NCBI GenBank assembly: GCA_965645245.1
Contig: OZ287067.1
Coordinates: 1,674,001-1,738,000 of the forward strand
Direction: 5' to 3'
Origin: Massalongia carnosa
Taxonomy: Eukaryota
DNA: 64,000 nucleotides
Made by a program: the position numbers and the translations under genes. Below, piece by piece: positions 49,889-61,625 of this stretch. Every line of letters starts with the position of its first letter. Within the stretch, counting starts at the first letter, position 1. The notes under the pieces are model-generated. The model saw only the letters and a program-made list of their open reading frames with translations. It had not been told where the DNA came from and made no database searches.

Positions 49889-51976
49889 TCTGGCTCCAGT
49901 CATATCCATGGAAGTCGAAGAAGCCGTAGATGCCTTCTATCAGAATGTATGGAAGCATCATGGCCTACCTGATATTCTCGTATCAGATCGAGGTTCGCAG
50001 TTCCTATCGGAACTATGGGAATTGCTGTGTAAGCGGCTAAAAATCGACACACGGTTGTCCACCGGATACCACCCGGAAACCATTGGCCAGACAGAACGAG
50101 CCAACGCCTCCATGGAGTATTACCTTAGAGCCTATGTCAACCATATGCAGGATGATTGGGCCAAGTGGCTACCAGGCGCTGAATTCGCGGCTAATAATAC
50201 GGACTCTTCCACAAATCATGCTTCGCAATTTCTAGCAAATTCTGGTCAACACCCCCGTATAGAATTCGAACCCTCCGAGCCTCTCCCGACGGACATTACC
50301 GCTCAAAGTCGAAATAATCTGATCGCAGCTAATAAGTTCGCGGACGGGATGAGAGACTTAGAAACTCATCTTCATGATAAAATGTTAATCGCTCAAGCCA
50401 TCTATGAATCCACTGCCAATGCAAACCGCCGACCATGCCCCCGCTATAAAGTGGGTGATATAGTATGGTTAAACACAAAGAATCGTCAAACAGCGAGACC
50501 CACCGTCAAGTTAGACAATCGAAAAATCGGACCCTATGCGGTCAGTCGAATTTTCTCAAACCCTCTAGTGATACAATTTGAGCTTCCTCCTGGTGTCAAG
50601 ATCCACCCAGTTTTTCATGCAAACCTTCTTCAGCATGAAGCAGATGACCCCCTTCCTGGCCAGCATCCCGCCCCTCGTGAACCCGTCGAAGCAGAAGACG
50701 GACAGCGAGAATGGTATGTGAACAGCATATTGAACTTCAAATACGACCGACGATTTCAACCTCCACTCCTTCAATATTTCGTTAACTGGGAAGGTCATAA
50801 TCCTACATGGGAACTTTTCAATTTCCTAACCAACTGTCAGCAAGCTCTAAACGAATATTATCAGGCTTACCACACAGCTACCTGACCATATCACACCCCT
50901 TGCAATCTACCCCGTTGCCGCTGCCAGGAATAGTAGCATCGCAGGAGCTCCGCCTTGAAGAGGGACCTACTGTTATGTAATTACCTAGCACCCTCCCACG
51001 TTTCCTGATCGGGGTAGTATTTAACAGGCTCTCCTGCCGTGAAACATGCCCTGCATGTTGAATGGAACCGTGGCCCGTTATTCCGAACTATCCTGAAACC
51101 TCGCCCCATGTGTTCAGACGTTTTTACGCTGCCTTCAGTGCACTCCCAAACTCCTATATCCCGAATCCAATCTCAACGTCTCTACTATCCAAGCCTACGA
51201 CTGGGATTGCCCAGCAGAGAGAGATTGCTTCGGTATGGAGAAAGGCGGAACAGGTCAAAGCGATCATGGTTAGGAAATTAGAACAGGAACAGAGATGAGG
51301 GCAAGTCAAGAATAGGGGAGTTGGAAGCCATGGCTATAAAACCTATGTGGTTTCTCAGGTGTTTGGAGCTCTTCGTCGGGCGTCTTGTATAATATCCCTA
51401 GACCTAGCTTTCTAAATAGTAACTCTTGTATATCTCCCTATCTGGATCTTGTCCGTTACACGATTATCTGGATCAGCGATCATAATTCGTTTATGTGATA
51501 ATAGTATCACCACCAAATGGGTTAGCCCACAGCTAACTCGAAAGCCTATCTCATCTATATTCAATATATGATTTGGAGTCATACCAAGAAGGGCTACAGT
51601 CGATTGAAAAAAAGGGAAATAAGTTTGAATATCAGTAAAATTGTGAGCGTTTTTCCTTTCGACTGCTAATGGCTTGCCCTTTTGCATGAAAAATTAGGGA
51701 TTTCTTTTCACGAATCGTCCAGTCCAGCATTTTCCTACGCGGGTGAGAGAAGATGAAGACGAGGAAGGATGTTGGCAATTGCAACAAATAATCAGCTATA
51801 CCGCGAATCAATGACAATCTCATTGATAATTTAATATGATAAAGAAATTCAATATACCCCTTCAGGGCTAGTTCTAGTGAAGCAGATAGCCTCATATTGA
51901 CTGCTTATCGCTTGTTATATCTATGTAGTCTTCTTTGAAATAGACAAAGTAAAATATCGAATTCTTTGGCAAAGGC

Positions 51977-52146
51977 TTTAACGGTTCGACCAAGCTTAGT
52001 GCGGACGGCAGGATCTACAGCGAATATAGCAGGAGTCCCAGTCATAGTAGAATATAGCTTAGTCTGCGGACTAGGTATTGTGCATTTTGGTCGAGAGGAC
52101 AGGTGGCGCAATGGTAGAAATCTATTTATTATCTCGCTTCATCACA
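51977..52146 (+). mobile_element. Solo LTR of the TRIM family
   Basis: Reverse-complement match to the 171-bp LTRs at 60022-62196. Confidence 0.85.
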
Positions 52147-52759
52147 TAAGCTGCGGCTGATTTGTATATGTTCTTTGCAAATGCATCTAAGGCCTTTACA
52201 ATATTTACCTCTCATTTCTTGTACGAATAAGACATGATTTGGTTTAATATAAACTGTTAATGATAGATATAGAACTTTTTTAAAAATGCGTTATAGAGAT
52301 GATAACGTCATGGAAGTAAGCCGCACCCCGAGCTCTGCTCGGGGTGCGCTCATCGGATTTACCTCGGTCACACGGTTAGTATAGAAAAGATATGAAAGAA
52401 GAGCTTATGTAGTACATTATCCTGCCCTATATAGATCAATAATCAAGCACTTCAAAAGGGTAGCATTTAGTCTACCCTTTTACCCGACCCTACCTATTGG
52501 TACTTTTATTGTGACAATCACGTTATATAACCCCTGTGAATCCCGTCTTCCAGTAGTGAATGCATGCTAGGAGAAGGTATCCCCGCTTCAGATATCGTCG
52601 GGGAAATAATCGAATATAGAGGACAGCACAGGAGGGACAAGAATCAGTAAATTTTACTATACGAGAGAGATATACTGTGGTATCCGGCAAGTTTTTTATT
52701 AGCGCGGTTCATACAGGGATGTAGAAACGCCACGTTTTTAGTCAATTTTACATGCATCT

Positions 52760-53990
52760 ACTAATCAAACTCATTCAGTATTTAGTATATTTCCCATCTG
52801 TATCTATCGCTGCTTAATAACGATCAGATATAGAAGAAACCAACACGTTTAATTGCTCTGCTGTAAGGGTATCCCAAGCTTCTCTTACTGCTTTTCTCAG
52901 ATTATCGTACGATAGTTAGTCCTGATCACTAATTGCATTTGAATCCAGTCTTTTATAATATTCCAAACGTGCTCGATCGGATTCAAATCGGGTGAAAAGG
53001 GTAGTTATTCGATGAATGAAATTCGTCGATATTCAAACTACTCTTGATTTAATCGCGCTTCATGACCAGGAACATTGTATTATACAAAATGAAGTCCTGG
53101 ATTGAGTTTTATCCAGTTTTCAAATATAGGTAAAATATGCTCACAATATGACTGTTGATTAATGCTGCCCCAGTTCTTTTACCAAAACAAATAAGGTCTC
53201 TTTTTGTTAGCCGAAAAACACCTCCAAAACATCTATTCTCTCTTGCTCGGAAGACGAGGAATCATACAGGTTGGATGTAGTTCTTCAACTGCTCGTCTCG
53301 TCACCCAAATACGTCGATGGCGGGTGCTATTTACCCGTGTTTTATCACTCCATAATATAGATTCCCACTGCTCTTTGCTCCAACTCAAATGCTCTCGAGC
53401 CCATTCAAGACGGTTAACACGACTGATTTCGGAAATGATAGGCTTTCGACGTGCTAGTCTTCGAGAAAACACTCTTGTTTCAGAGCTTTTCGTATGCCAT
53501 TCTCTGAAACATTCCATCCAAGTTTCCAGGCAATTTGACAGTAAGGCATACGGCGATTTTCTGATGAAGCGAAAACGAATTCAATCAATATTTGTCGAGA
53601 AGCTTTATTAATGTTATGATCTACATAGAGAATAGTTATAAGGGCACTAGAAACGAATACAATAAAGATAAAAAAGGAAATAAACAATCGACAACCAGAA
53701 CCTGCTCCTATATATCCTCTGCTACGCTAGTACCCATGTGGTATAGTCGTCATGGAATCTTCTAGTAGCTGCGGAAACGAAATCGAAAGTCCCTCGTGTT
53801 CTATCTACGATTGCCTTAGGCGGTGCCAAGGTCGTGCCGAGTAGAATCGTGACAATCAATTTAAGATATAGGTCCGCATCGAAATTTCTTTTGTGGAATG
53901 AATCGACCATCGGTGCACGCATACTGGACCTGACGAATGGTGATTTGTAAACGCTCAACAATTTGTGTATAACTCTATCACTTATCGGGC
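52760..53990 (-). mobile_element. Tc1/mariner-like transposase relic
   Basis: RLEWAREHLSWSKEQWESILWSDKT..PFSPDLNPIEHVW with stops; interrupted by the solo LTR 53612-53854. Confidence 0.75.
53612..53854. mobile_element. Solo LTR (same family as 40597-40847)
   Basis: TG..CA ends, TSD ATTAA/ATCAA. Confidence 0.82.
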
Positions 53991-54018
53991 AAAGTGAAAG
54001 CTTAAAGACGTTGATCTC

Positions 54019-54233
54019 TGTCAGGACTCGGGTATAGGGAGCGCTAAATCCAACGGCTTTTTCCGACCAAAGCTTCGGAGATAAGCTTCTAGAGCCGGAT
54101 AGAAACTTCGAGAAGAAGGGTAAACGGGATATATAGATTTCACATTCTTCTTTGTAGATAGATTTCTCTTTTTCATACTTAGTCTCTTAGGTAGCTGACT
54201 ACTATTCGTGTTCCCTGGATAGTTGTTCTTACA
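54019..54233. mobile_element. Solo LTR (215 bp)
   Basis: TGTCA..TTACA ends, TSD ATCTC. Confidence 0.7.
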
Positions 54234-54449
54234 ATCTCTAGATAAATTACATTGTTTTTTAGGAGTAGCAGGCTCTATAGTTGACGATAATTAAATATAA
54301 TGCTAATGCTGATACTCTGAGCTCGTTAGTAGAAATATTAGCGTGTTTTTACCCCTGTTTATACTGCGCTAACTAAAAACCCCTCTGAGACAACAGTAAA
54401 GGATTTACTGAGTTTATGTTCTGGGGTTGTCTTTCTTATGACTGTAAAG

Positions 54450-55648
54450 TGTAACGGTTCGACCATGCGTAGTGTGGACGGCAGGACCTACAGCGAATAC
54501 AACAGGAGTCCCAGTTATAGTAGAATAGAGCTTAGTCTGCAGACTAAATTGTACCTTTTGGTCTGGAGGACAGGTGGCGCATATAATACGGATAGCGCTA
54601 GAAGGATACGTGATCGCCTACGGCGGTTGCGGAATTAACTAGCATGAGCCAGGCCGTAGTACTTATTCGCATAGCCGTCGAGGCTGACATGACGCCACCT
54701 TGCTACACAACTCCGAACTAGTTGTTACTACGTTCTAGACTGCTTACAGATTAAACACCTGTCGAGGCCGTGGTGGTAGATTGCTATAGAGTGAGGCGAA
54801 CTCATGTGGACAAGCCGTGAACTCTATATGGAATCTACTGGCCTACTCGGAGCTACTCGATCTCTTGTTGGATCAAGAGTTGTAGCAGGAGGCACGGCTA
54901 GCTGGACGCAGCTTGAGCTCGGCCTCCCCGGTGTAAACTTCAGCTTCAACCTTTATTGCTACGTTCGTAGTGATGTCGGCTGAATGAACCTTTATGACCT
55001 TGTGGTCTAGACCTTGTGTCTAGAGGCAGGTCCGCAGTGTAGATAGAGATTCAGTCGGACGTAACCTTCCATCGCTACGTTAGTAGTGGTGACGGCGAAA
55101 TGAAGCTACATAGCCTCGGCGTGTAGACTTTATGTTTAGAGGCAGGCTAGCAATATAGTGAGGGATCTAGCCGGAGGTAGAAGTGTTCTACCTTGCAAGG
55201 GAAGGTCTAGAAGGCTGCTCGAGGCTGACTAGATAATCCAGCGAATGCCGAGTTCGTAGATGGATCCTGAGGGATAGTTAGATATAAGGCGATAAGGTCA
55301 GAAGTAGGTTGCAAGGCTCCTAAGGTTCCAAGGCTCCAAAGGCTATAGGCTTGGGGTGAGTAGGATAAATAACAGAACGAATCCTGTAGTATTCGTTAGC
55401 AATTAGTCTTTATTCTATGAACAACCTACGTTTGGGTCTCGGACGAGATCTCTTGGTCTGCGCACTTCCACATCCATTAGTTCTTTGGATCACATATACT
55501 CTCGGAGACCAGCACGTAGTAGCTATCTTCCACCTCTTACGCTGAGCATTTCCCCTTTCGAGATCAGTGTCGCTCGTGATTAGCTTCTGGTCTCGTAGCC
55601 TATTACAGAGCAATGGTAGAAATATATTCACTATCTCGTTTCGTCACA
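54450..55648 (+). mobile_element. TRIM-family solo LTR split by a 1-kb LTR
   Basis: Halves 54450-54581 and 55613-55648, TSD TAAAG. Confidence 0.85.
54582..55607. mobile_element. Solo LTR (~1026 bp)
   Basis: TATAAT..ATTACA ends, TSD GCGCA/GAGCA, internal diverged ~118-bp duplication. Confidence 0.75.
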
Positions 55649-55653
55649 TAAAG

Positions 55654-56215
55654 GGCCACATCACTGCTGGGAATTGGAAACTACAAAGGAGACAAAAATT
55701 TGCCGAGAATTATATTAAAGACCTGAATTATAGACTAGAGCCTGCCGCAAGACAAGAGTGGGAATTAAATCAAGATACTAGCCGGTTGGGGATTCGAGGT
55801 ATTGGTAGTCCAAAGCAAAAATAGAGATTTAAATGAGCAACAGGAGCGTATGTTCGTAAAAAAAGATGTAAAGGAATTGATTAGTAGCGATATCAAACAG
55901 TCATTTTAGAGCTTTTACTAATTCCTTTTGCAAAGAGATGTAACCTGGACCAGCTCTTAACAAGTAAACTCCCCTTACTAGATTAAGAAGACAGAGCCCC
56001 CGCGCATGCATCTAAATATCAAGATAAATTATTTCGGTTACACGATATTATGCGACTTTTATGGCCGGGAAATTCTCCGGACGGGAATATGATTGAGCCG
56101 TATTGGCCATGGATAAAACGGACAACAACTAAAAAAGTTGCTACTCGAACTCGAAGAGATGCCAAGGAACGTTAGAAAACAGCTTGGGATAACCTATCGC
56201 AGAAACTCAATTAAA
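55654..56215 (+). mobile_element. Tc1/mariner transposase C-terminal relic
   Basis: EDRAPAHASK..LLWPGNSPDGNMIEPYWPWIKR. Confidence 0.7.
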
Positions 56216-57315
56216 AATTTGCGAGCAAAACTCCTTGGTGGTCTTGTAAAAGAGGGAGACCGCACACCTATCGAAAAACAAGTACCGCAACTTTTGATAC
56301 TCTATAACTTTAAAAGTCAATTGAGCCTCTATTTCTCAGTCATTTGAGCTCCTCTAGAGCAAAAACGCCCTCAGATTGAGTGTAGGAGAGCTCTAGCAAA
56401 GCTCCAGCAGAGTTTTTCTACTGGTCGCACGCGACCGACGTGATAAAGCGCGCTCTAGAAGTTGGAAAAAACAACAAATACCCACAACATCACTAAAAAT
56501 CGCTCTTTTTTCTTGTTCTCTTCTGTTCTATTGTTGCAAGACCTTCAATTACTACTATAAGAATTATCTAAAAAAAATATCTTCTCTCGCGGTACTGTAC
56601 AACAACTGTCGCGACGTCAAAGTCTTCCAAAGTTTATTCCTCATTTAAGGTTACGGGAACTTCCGCAAGCATAAATTTTCACAGTCACGCGGGGGACTAA
56701 AAAAAACCACACCAAAATTTAACCGGGCTTAACTCCCCACCAAAACACAATTAATTTACATACGATTTGATGGGATAATTATTATTATTATAAATTATAA
56801 ACATATCGAGACTCCTACCAAAGCTAAAATTTAGGGAGCCGTGGAATTTTGCGAAAAGCAAGGCATTTCTTATCACAAAGAGGATGTTTTTCGCACATTT
56901 GATGTGGAACTTACGAGGGGCTATATATACATGCGTAAAGGAGCCTTATCACGCCGTTATCATAATAATTCCGATTTTTTATTTTATTTATTCATTAAGC
57001 GTATGCATCCTTAGGATATGACGCTGTGACTGCTATTTATATACATAAACAACAGTCCGGAAGTGGAAAACTGGCCCCCAGGGTAAAACCACTCCCTTTT
57101 ATTCCATATTGAACGCAACGAGATCGTTCTTCTACCACGCGGTGCATACACCCAGATATTCAAGCGCTAGGAATCCTATAGACCCGATGAACTAGACAGT
57201 GTATCTCCACACGTTCGACGAACATTCTCTCTCTTTAACCGTTTTGGCTCAATAGATGATAGACTGGCCATGATCGAGGGCAGATCGTGGTGTCGTATAA
57301 ATGAAGATGTGAAAA

Positions 57316-57637
57316 TGTGGCCATTCCGAATGAATGGGCTTTTTCGATGAGGTGAGAGGCTTCCGCCTGGGGGGTGTGGCCATTCCGACTGAATAGACTT
57401 TTTCGATGAGGTGAAAGGCTTCCGCCTGGGGGGTGTGGCCATTCCGACTGAATGGGCTTTTTCGATGAGGTGAAAGGCTTCCGCCTGGGGGGTGTGGCCA
57501 TTCCGACTGAATGGGCTTTTTCGATGAGGTGAAAGGCTTCCGCCTGGGGGGTGTGGCCATTCCGACTGAATAGACTTTTTCGATGAGGTAAAAGGCTTCC
57601 GCCTGAGGGGTGTGGCCATTCCGAATGAATGGGCTTT
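57316..57637. repeat. 59-bp tandem array (~5.4 copies)
   Basis: Units start at 57316, 57375, 57434, 57493, 57552, 57611. Confidence 0.95.
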
Positions 57638-57718
57638 GTATGCCTTCGAAGTGATGAATGATCAGTAGAGACGTTGATCATTCAAACGGCCACCGAGGTG
57701 GGCTTCAGCGTTGGCGAT

Positions 57719-57790
57719 GATCAGATATTGGCCACCTCCGAGGAGGTGTTGATAGCCTGCACCACGTAGAGGTTTCTGACCTAGCAGGCC
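57719..57790 (-). ncRNA. HDV-like self-cleaving ribozyme (predicted)
   Basis: GGCCUGC-UA-GGUCAGAA-ACC-UCUACGU-GGU-GCAGGCU-AU-CAA-CACCUC-CUCG-GAGGUG-GCCAA-UAUCUGAUC maps onto P1, P2, P3, L3, P4 and J4/2 of the nested double pseudoknot. Confidence 0.8.
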
Positions 57791-57963
57791 ATAATAAGTC
57801 CGATGTTTCTGAAGCTCGTAGGCGTCACAAAATTGTTACGCCTAAATTGATTAGAGAAATAGAACGGTTATTGGAAGAAGGTATGGAGGCACGCGCTCTT
57901 ACATGGGAGCAATTGGGCTTCGAAGTAGGCTTAGACTGCAGTGGCAAAACCATTCAACGAATC

Positions 57964-58979
57964 TGTAAGAGTCAGACCTGGCAATTATCAGACACCAGGC
58001 ATAGGGATATGTGACAATGTGAAGACACTAATGATTTGCTATACTAATATACTAAAAGAAGTATATATGGAAAGCGGAAGACTAATCGTTGAAGATTGCA
58101 TCTCCCTCGAGCAGCCTCCTTATATACCCGGACCGAAGCCCTTGACCCTTTGGGCCCTTGATACTGTAACTATCTTGACCGCCTATTACTCCTAACGGAT
58201 AAGCCGGCTAAACACTCTGCTGACTGCATCGTAGATACTGTGCTCACTGTATCGTAGACACTCTGCTGACTGTATCGTGGACACTGTGCTGACTGTATCG
58301 TACCATCCGCTCACTAATCGTACGAGCATCCTCGTATATCTCGATCGCTCGTACTATACTCTCGGTAGTAGATACCAGCCGCGTAACGCAGACCAACTGC
58401 TTTCCATATGACTATATAAGAGGGACAGTAGACACTAGTCCTTATGGGTTATAATGCTCAGTGTGACTGCTAATAGATTGGTAGGTGCTAAAGCTAAAAG
58501 CTGATTCCCTGAAGATGGGAATCGAGCTTTCTATATACCCCTTGGGGTCCTATTTACTAACTACTTGTCTGGTTACCTGTCTGCCTTGTTGCCTTCAGCT
58601 GAGGTCTAGTAGATAGCCTTGCTGCCTTCAGCTGAGGTCTAGCAGATAACCTTGTTGCCTTCAGCTGAGGTCTAGCAGATAGCCTTGTTGCCTTCAGCTG
58701 AGGTCTCCTAGGCGTCCCAGGCCTCCCATGAGATCGAGGCTTATCTGAATAGATTCAGTTGCTGCCTAACAAACTGGTAAGGCTGATTGCTGATGGCTTA
58801 GTATTGCTATCCGCCTTATCATGACTAAGCATCCGGATTATCAGTCACCCGGTCTTCTTGGGTGAGTCATCCCAGGAGCTAGCGCAGTCCTGTATTGCCG
58901 GGCTATTACAGACTAAGCCTAGCCGTAGAACTAAGCCCCGCTTAGTTAGCTTAGCCCTTATTCCTTCTATGCCCTGACA
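57964..58979. mobile_element. Solo LTR with 23-bp tandem repeats, split by another solo LTR
   Basis: TGTAAG..CTGACA ends, TSD GAATC. Confidence 0.85.
58415..58910 (-). mobile_element. Solo LTR (inverted copy of 31539-32034)
   Basis: TSD GACTA; near-identical to the 31539 copy. Confidence 0.9.
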
Positions 58980-60021
58980 GAATCATGGGTACCATGGATT
59001 ATTACAAATGCATTGCGTGCAGAAAGGGATGGGTGAACGAGAAGACAAGAAATCTTCGTATGAAGTAGTCAGATGCTATGCTTTCTAGATATCCAAATGC
59101 AGAAGACTAGATACAAGTTCGATTTAGCGACGAATTGCACTTTAGATGGGGACCTCAGGGCAAAGTATGCATCATACGAAGATTAGGTGAACGTTATTGT
59201 TATGATTGTATTCAAGAAGTAGATGAACCAGACGAGGCCGTCAAGAAGAGACATTATTGTTGGGCTGCTGCAGGTCATGACTTCAAGTCCGATATCTACT
59301 TTTACAAAGTTCCAGGAAACTTCAATGGAAAGATAAGTCAACGAGTCTATATCGACTCTATATTGGAGCCTATTGTAAAGCCCTAGATTGAAGCAAAACA
59401 CGATTTCGTCTTAGAAGAAGACGGTAATTCTGGATATAGACTAGGCAAATCAAACATTGTACGTGCTTGGAAGCAGAACAACGATCTGAAGCACTATTCA
59501 ACTGTCAATATTTACCTGATTTGGCCCCCATAGAAAATTTCTGGCAGGCCCCGAAGCAATATTTAAAAGAATATCCTCATTGGTATGACGATACGACCAA
59601 GGGGCTAGTTATGAGGGGTAGGCGAACGTTTCCCAGGCATTTATTAATGAACGGGTGTCTACTACGCCACATAGATTTAGAGCTGTTTTGGATTGTGAGG
59701 GTAAAATGACTGGTGATTGAGAAGATTGAATGAATTTGATGACTGGTTGTTGAAATAGTGATTATCCTATCATAATTGTATGGAAATTGCTTGTGTTTTG
59801 GTGGGGGGTTGAACCCGGTTAAATTTGGGTGTAGGTTTTTTTTGTCCCCCGCGTGACAGTATATTTCACGTATAATTTTTGCACATTCCATTTTTGGCTT
59901 TATCGATCTTCGTTGAAGGGCCGGTCAACAGATCATTGAAAAGAAGGGGAAAAACGTCTGGAATAGGATAATACCAAAGGTCCTGTTTCAGATTAATCAG
60001 AATAGGAAGTCTCGTATTATC

Positions 60022-60592
60022 TTTGACGAAGCTAGATAGTGAATAGATTTTTACTATTACGCCACCTGTCCTTCCCGACCAAAAGGCACAATACTTAGTA
60101 CGCAGACCAATCTCTATTCTACTATAACTGAGACTCCTGCTATGTTCGCTGTAGGTCCTGCCGTCCGCACTATGCTTGGTAGAACCGTTACACTACCGCC
60201 CGTCTAGCTGCGGCTAGCTCCTAGCCGCTTCCAGTTATAGTTAGCCCCGAAGAATGGGCTCTTCTTAGCGTACGGCCCTCGCCGATCCAACTTAGAAAGT
60301 TTTCATCCAACACTTTCCCGTTTCGTCTTAACTTCAGTCCGTCGAAGTAAGGCGAAAAAGCGAGGAACTCAGGTCAGGAATCGAACTCACGACTAGTACA
60401 CCGATTGATGACTAAGTATTCTGTGACGAAGCGAGATAGTGAATAGATTTCTACTATTGCGCCAACTGTCCTTCCCGACCAAACGGCACAATACTTAGTC
60501 CGCAGACTAAGCTCTATTCTACTATAACTGGGACTCCTGCTATATTCGCTGTAGGTCCTGCCGTCCGCACCACGCTTGGTCGAACCGTTACA
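60022..60592 (-). mobile_element. TRIM (miniature LTR retrotransposon), older copy
   Basis: 171-bp LTRs 60022-60192 and 60422-60592, 229-bp non-coding interior, TSD TTATC. Confidence 0.92.
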
Positions 60593-61625
60593 TTATCTTA
60601 CATTGCATTAAATCTATTTTTATTGAAAAAAGCAAATATTTTTATTATTATTTTCACCCATTGTAGTATCTGGTAAAGGGTTAAATCAGACTTACTGCCT
60701 TAGCGAGGAATGGTCTATTTTAACCCGATTAGGATTTATTTGACGCGTTATAGTCAAATAAATAGGGATAGGAAAGAAAGAGTCATTTGACCCGTAAACA
60801 GGTGTAAATTCTATTCTGACTATTACGTTCGTGGAACGTCAGAATAAATTATTTGGTGGCGATAAAAGGGATATTGTAAAGGAAAAAAACACTATGCTCA
60901 ATCTAAGGTTTAACCCGATAGGTCATAGACCAAATCGATTGATACCAATAACTCCCCCCCCAGGCCCCCCTCCGAAACATGTATGGGTCCCCCCTACTAC
61001 GCATCCGGGCCCCCCCCCCGAACCGACTCACCCGCGCCATCTTCAGTAGCGATAATTGGGAGCACCCCCCTAACAGTAGAGTCCACGGAGGCCATGGACT
61101 AAACGCGAGAATTTTCGTCCGCACCGTCTACACCCACCCCAAAAGCAAAATCTTTTGTCGCGTAATCTGGTAAATTCAGTACTAATCTGCCCATGCCATT
61201 ATTGAATTATGATATTCGACTTAGTCTACTAATTAAACGCAACAAAAGACGAATATTTGACGAACATACGATTGAAATTCAAGAAGTCATCAATCGAACA
61301 AAAATCGATTCAACTATTGAATACGGCAAAAAATGCATTATTGGAGTCATTCATACTAGATCAAAACCCCGAAACGGCTATATTTATTGATCACGTCATT
61401 TCTCTACTGGCAAAGAAATCGATCAAGCCTTAAGCAACGTTAGAAATGATTGATTGGAAATTGAATAGGGTGCTAGTACGTCGCGGAATAGGTTGGGTTG
61501 GGTTCGAGTTGGGTTATTGTTGGGTTGGGTTGGGTTCGGGTTGGGTTTTCATTGGGTTACCCAAATCACATGCTTAGTAATGGTAATCAATAACCTTGAC
61601 TTATCAACGTGGCGATCGGCGTTAG

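Larger units (their letters stand above)
43973..51460 (+). mobile_element. Degenerate family A Gypsy chromovirus with two nested solo LTRs
   Basis: LTRs 43973-44461 and 50971-51460, TSD CGATT. Colinear with the 13526-20190 copy but gag and pol carry many stops and frameshifts. Confidence 0.95.
42666..52376 (-). mobile_element. pogo/Fot1-like DNA transposon relic hosting a Gypsy element and a TRIM solo LTR
   Basis: TIRs ACCGTGCGACCGAGGTAAATCCGAT.. / ..ATCGGATTTACCTCGGTCACACGGT flanked by TA. Minus-strand CENP-B-like HTH, ILNIDEIGFR, SFLILKG, LLLLDG motifs. Confidence 0.85.
56976..57790 (-). mobile_element. Non-autonomous non-LTR retroposon (SINE-like) with a 5' HDV-like ribozyme
   Basis: 14-bp TSD ATAATAA(T/G)TCCGAT (56962-56975, 57791-57804), A-rich tail, 3' hairpin AGCGT-CATATCC-TAA-GGATGCAT-ACGCT, no RT or endonuclease coding. 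Confidence 0.85.
56682..59859 (+). mobile_element. Tc1/mariner-like DNA transposon relic with ~70-bp TIRs and nested insertions
   Basis: TIR CAGTCACGCGGGGGAC.. matches the inverted 59790-59859. Transposase ETPTKAKI..RALTWEQLG..RFSDELHF..EEDGNSG..PDLAPIENFW is continuous once the insertions are removed. Confidence 0.85.

Noticed and set aside
57316..57637. 59-bp array as a CRISPR array or tandem hammerhead ribozymes
   Set aside because: No unique spacers, no cas genes, eukaryotic context. CGATGA..GAAA only loosely resembles the CUGANGA/GAAA core, and stems II/III with a UH site cannot be built.
57176..57681. Three overlapping repetitive ORFs as real genes
   Set aside because: They follow from a stop-free 59-bp unit cycling through the frames; no coding evidence
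60668..61173. ATCTGGTAAA direct repeat as the TSD of a Mutator-like element
   Set aside because: No convincing terminal inverted repeats or transposase remnant between the two copies
61490..61560. GGGTT repeats as an interstitial telomere
   Set aside because: The unit is GGGTT, not TTAGGG, and it follows a MITE-like terminus
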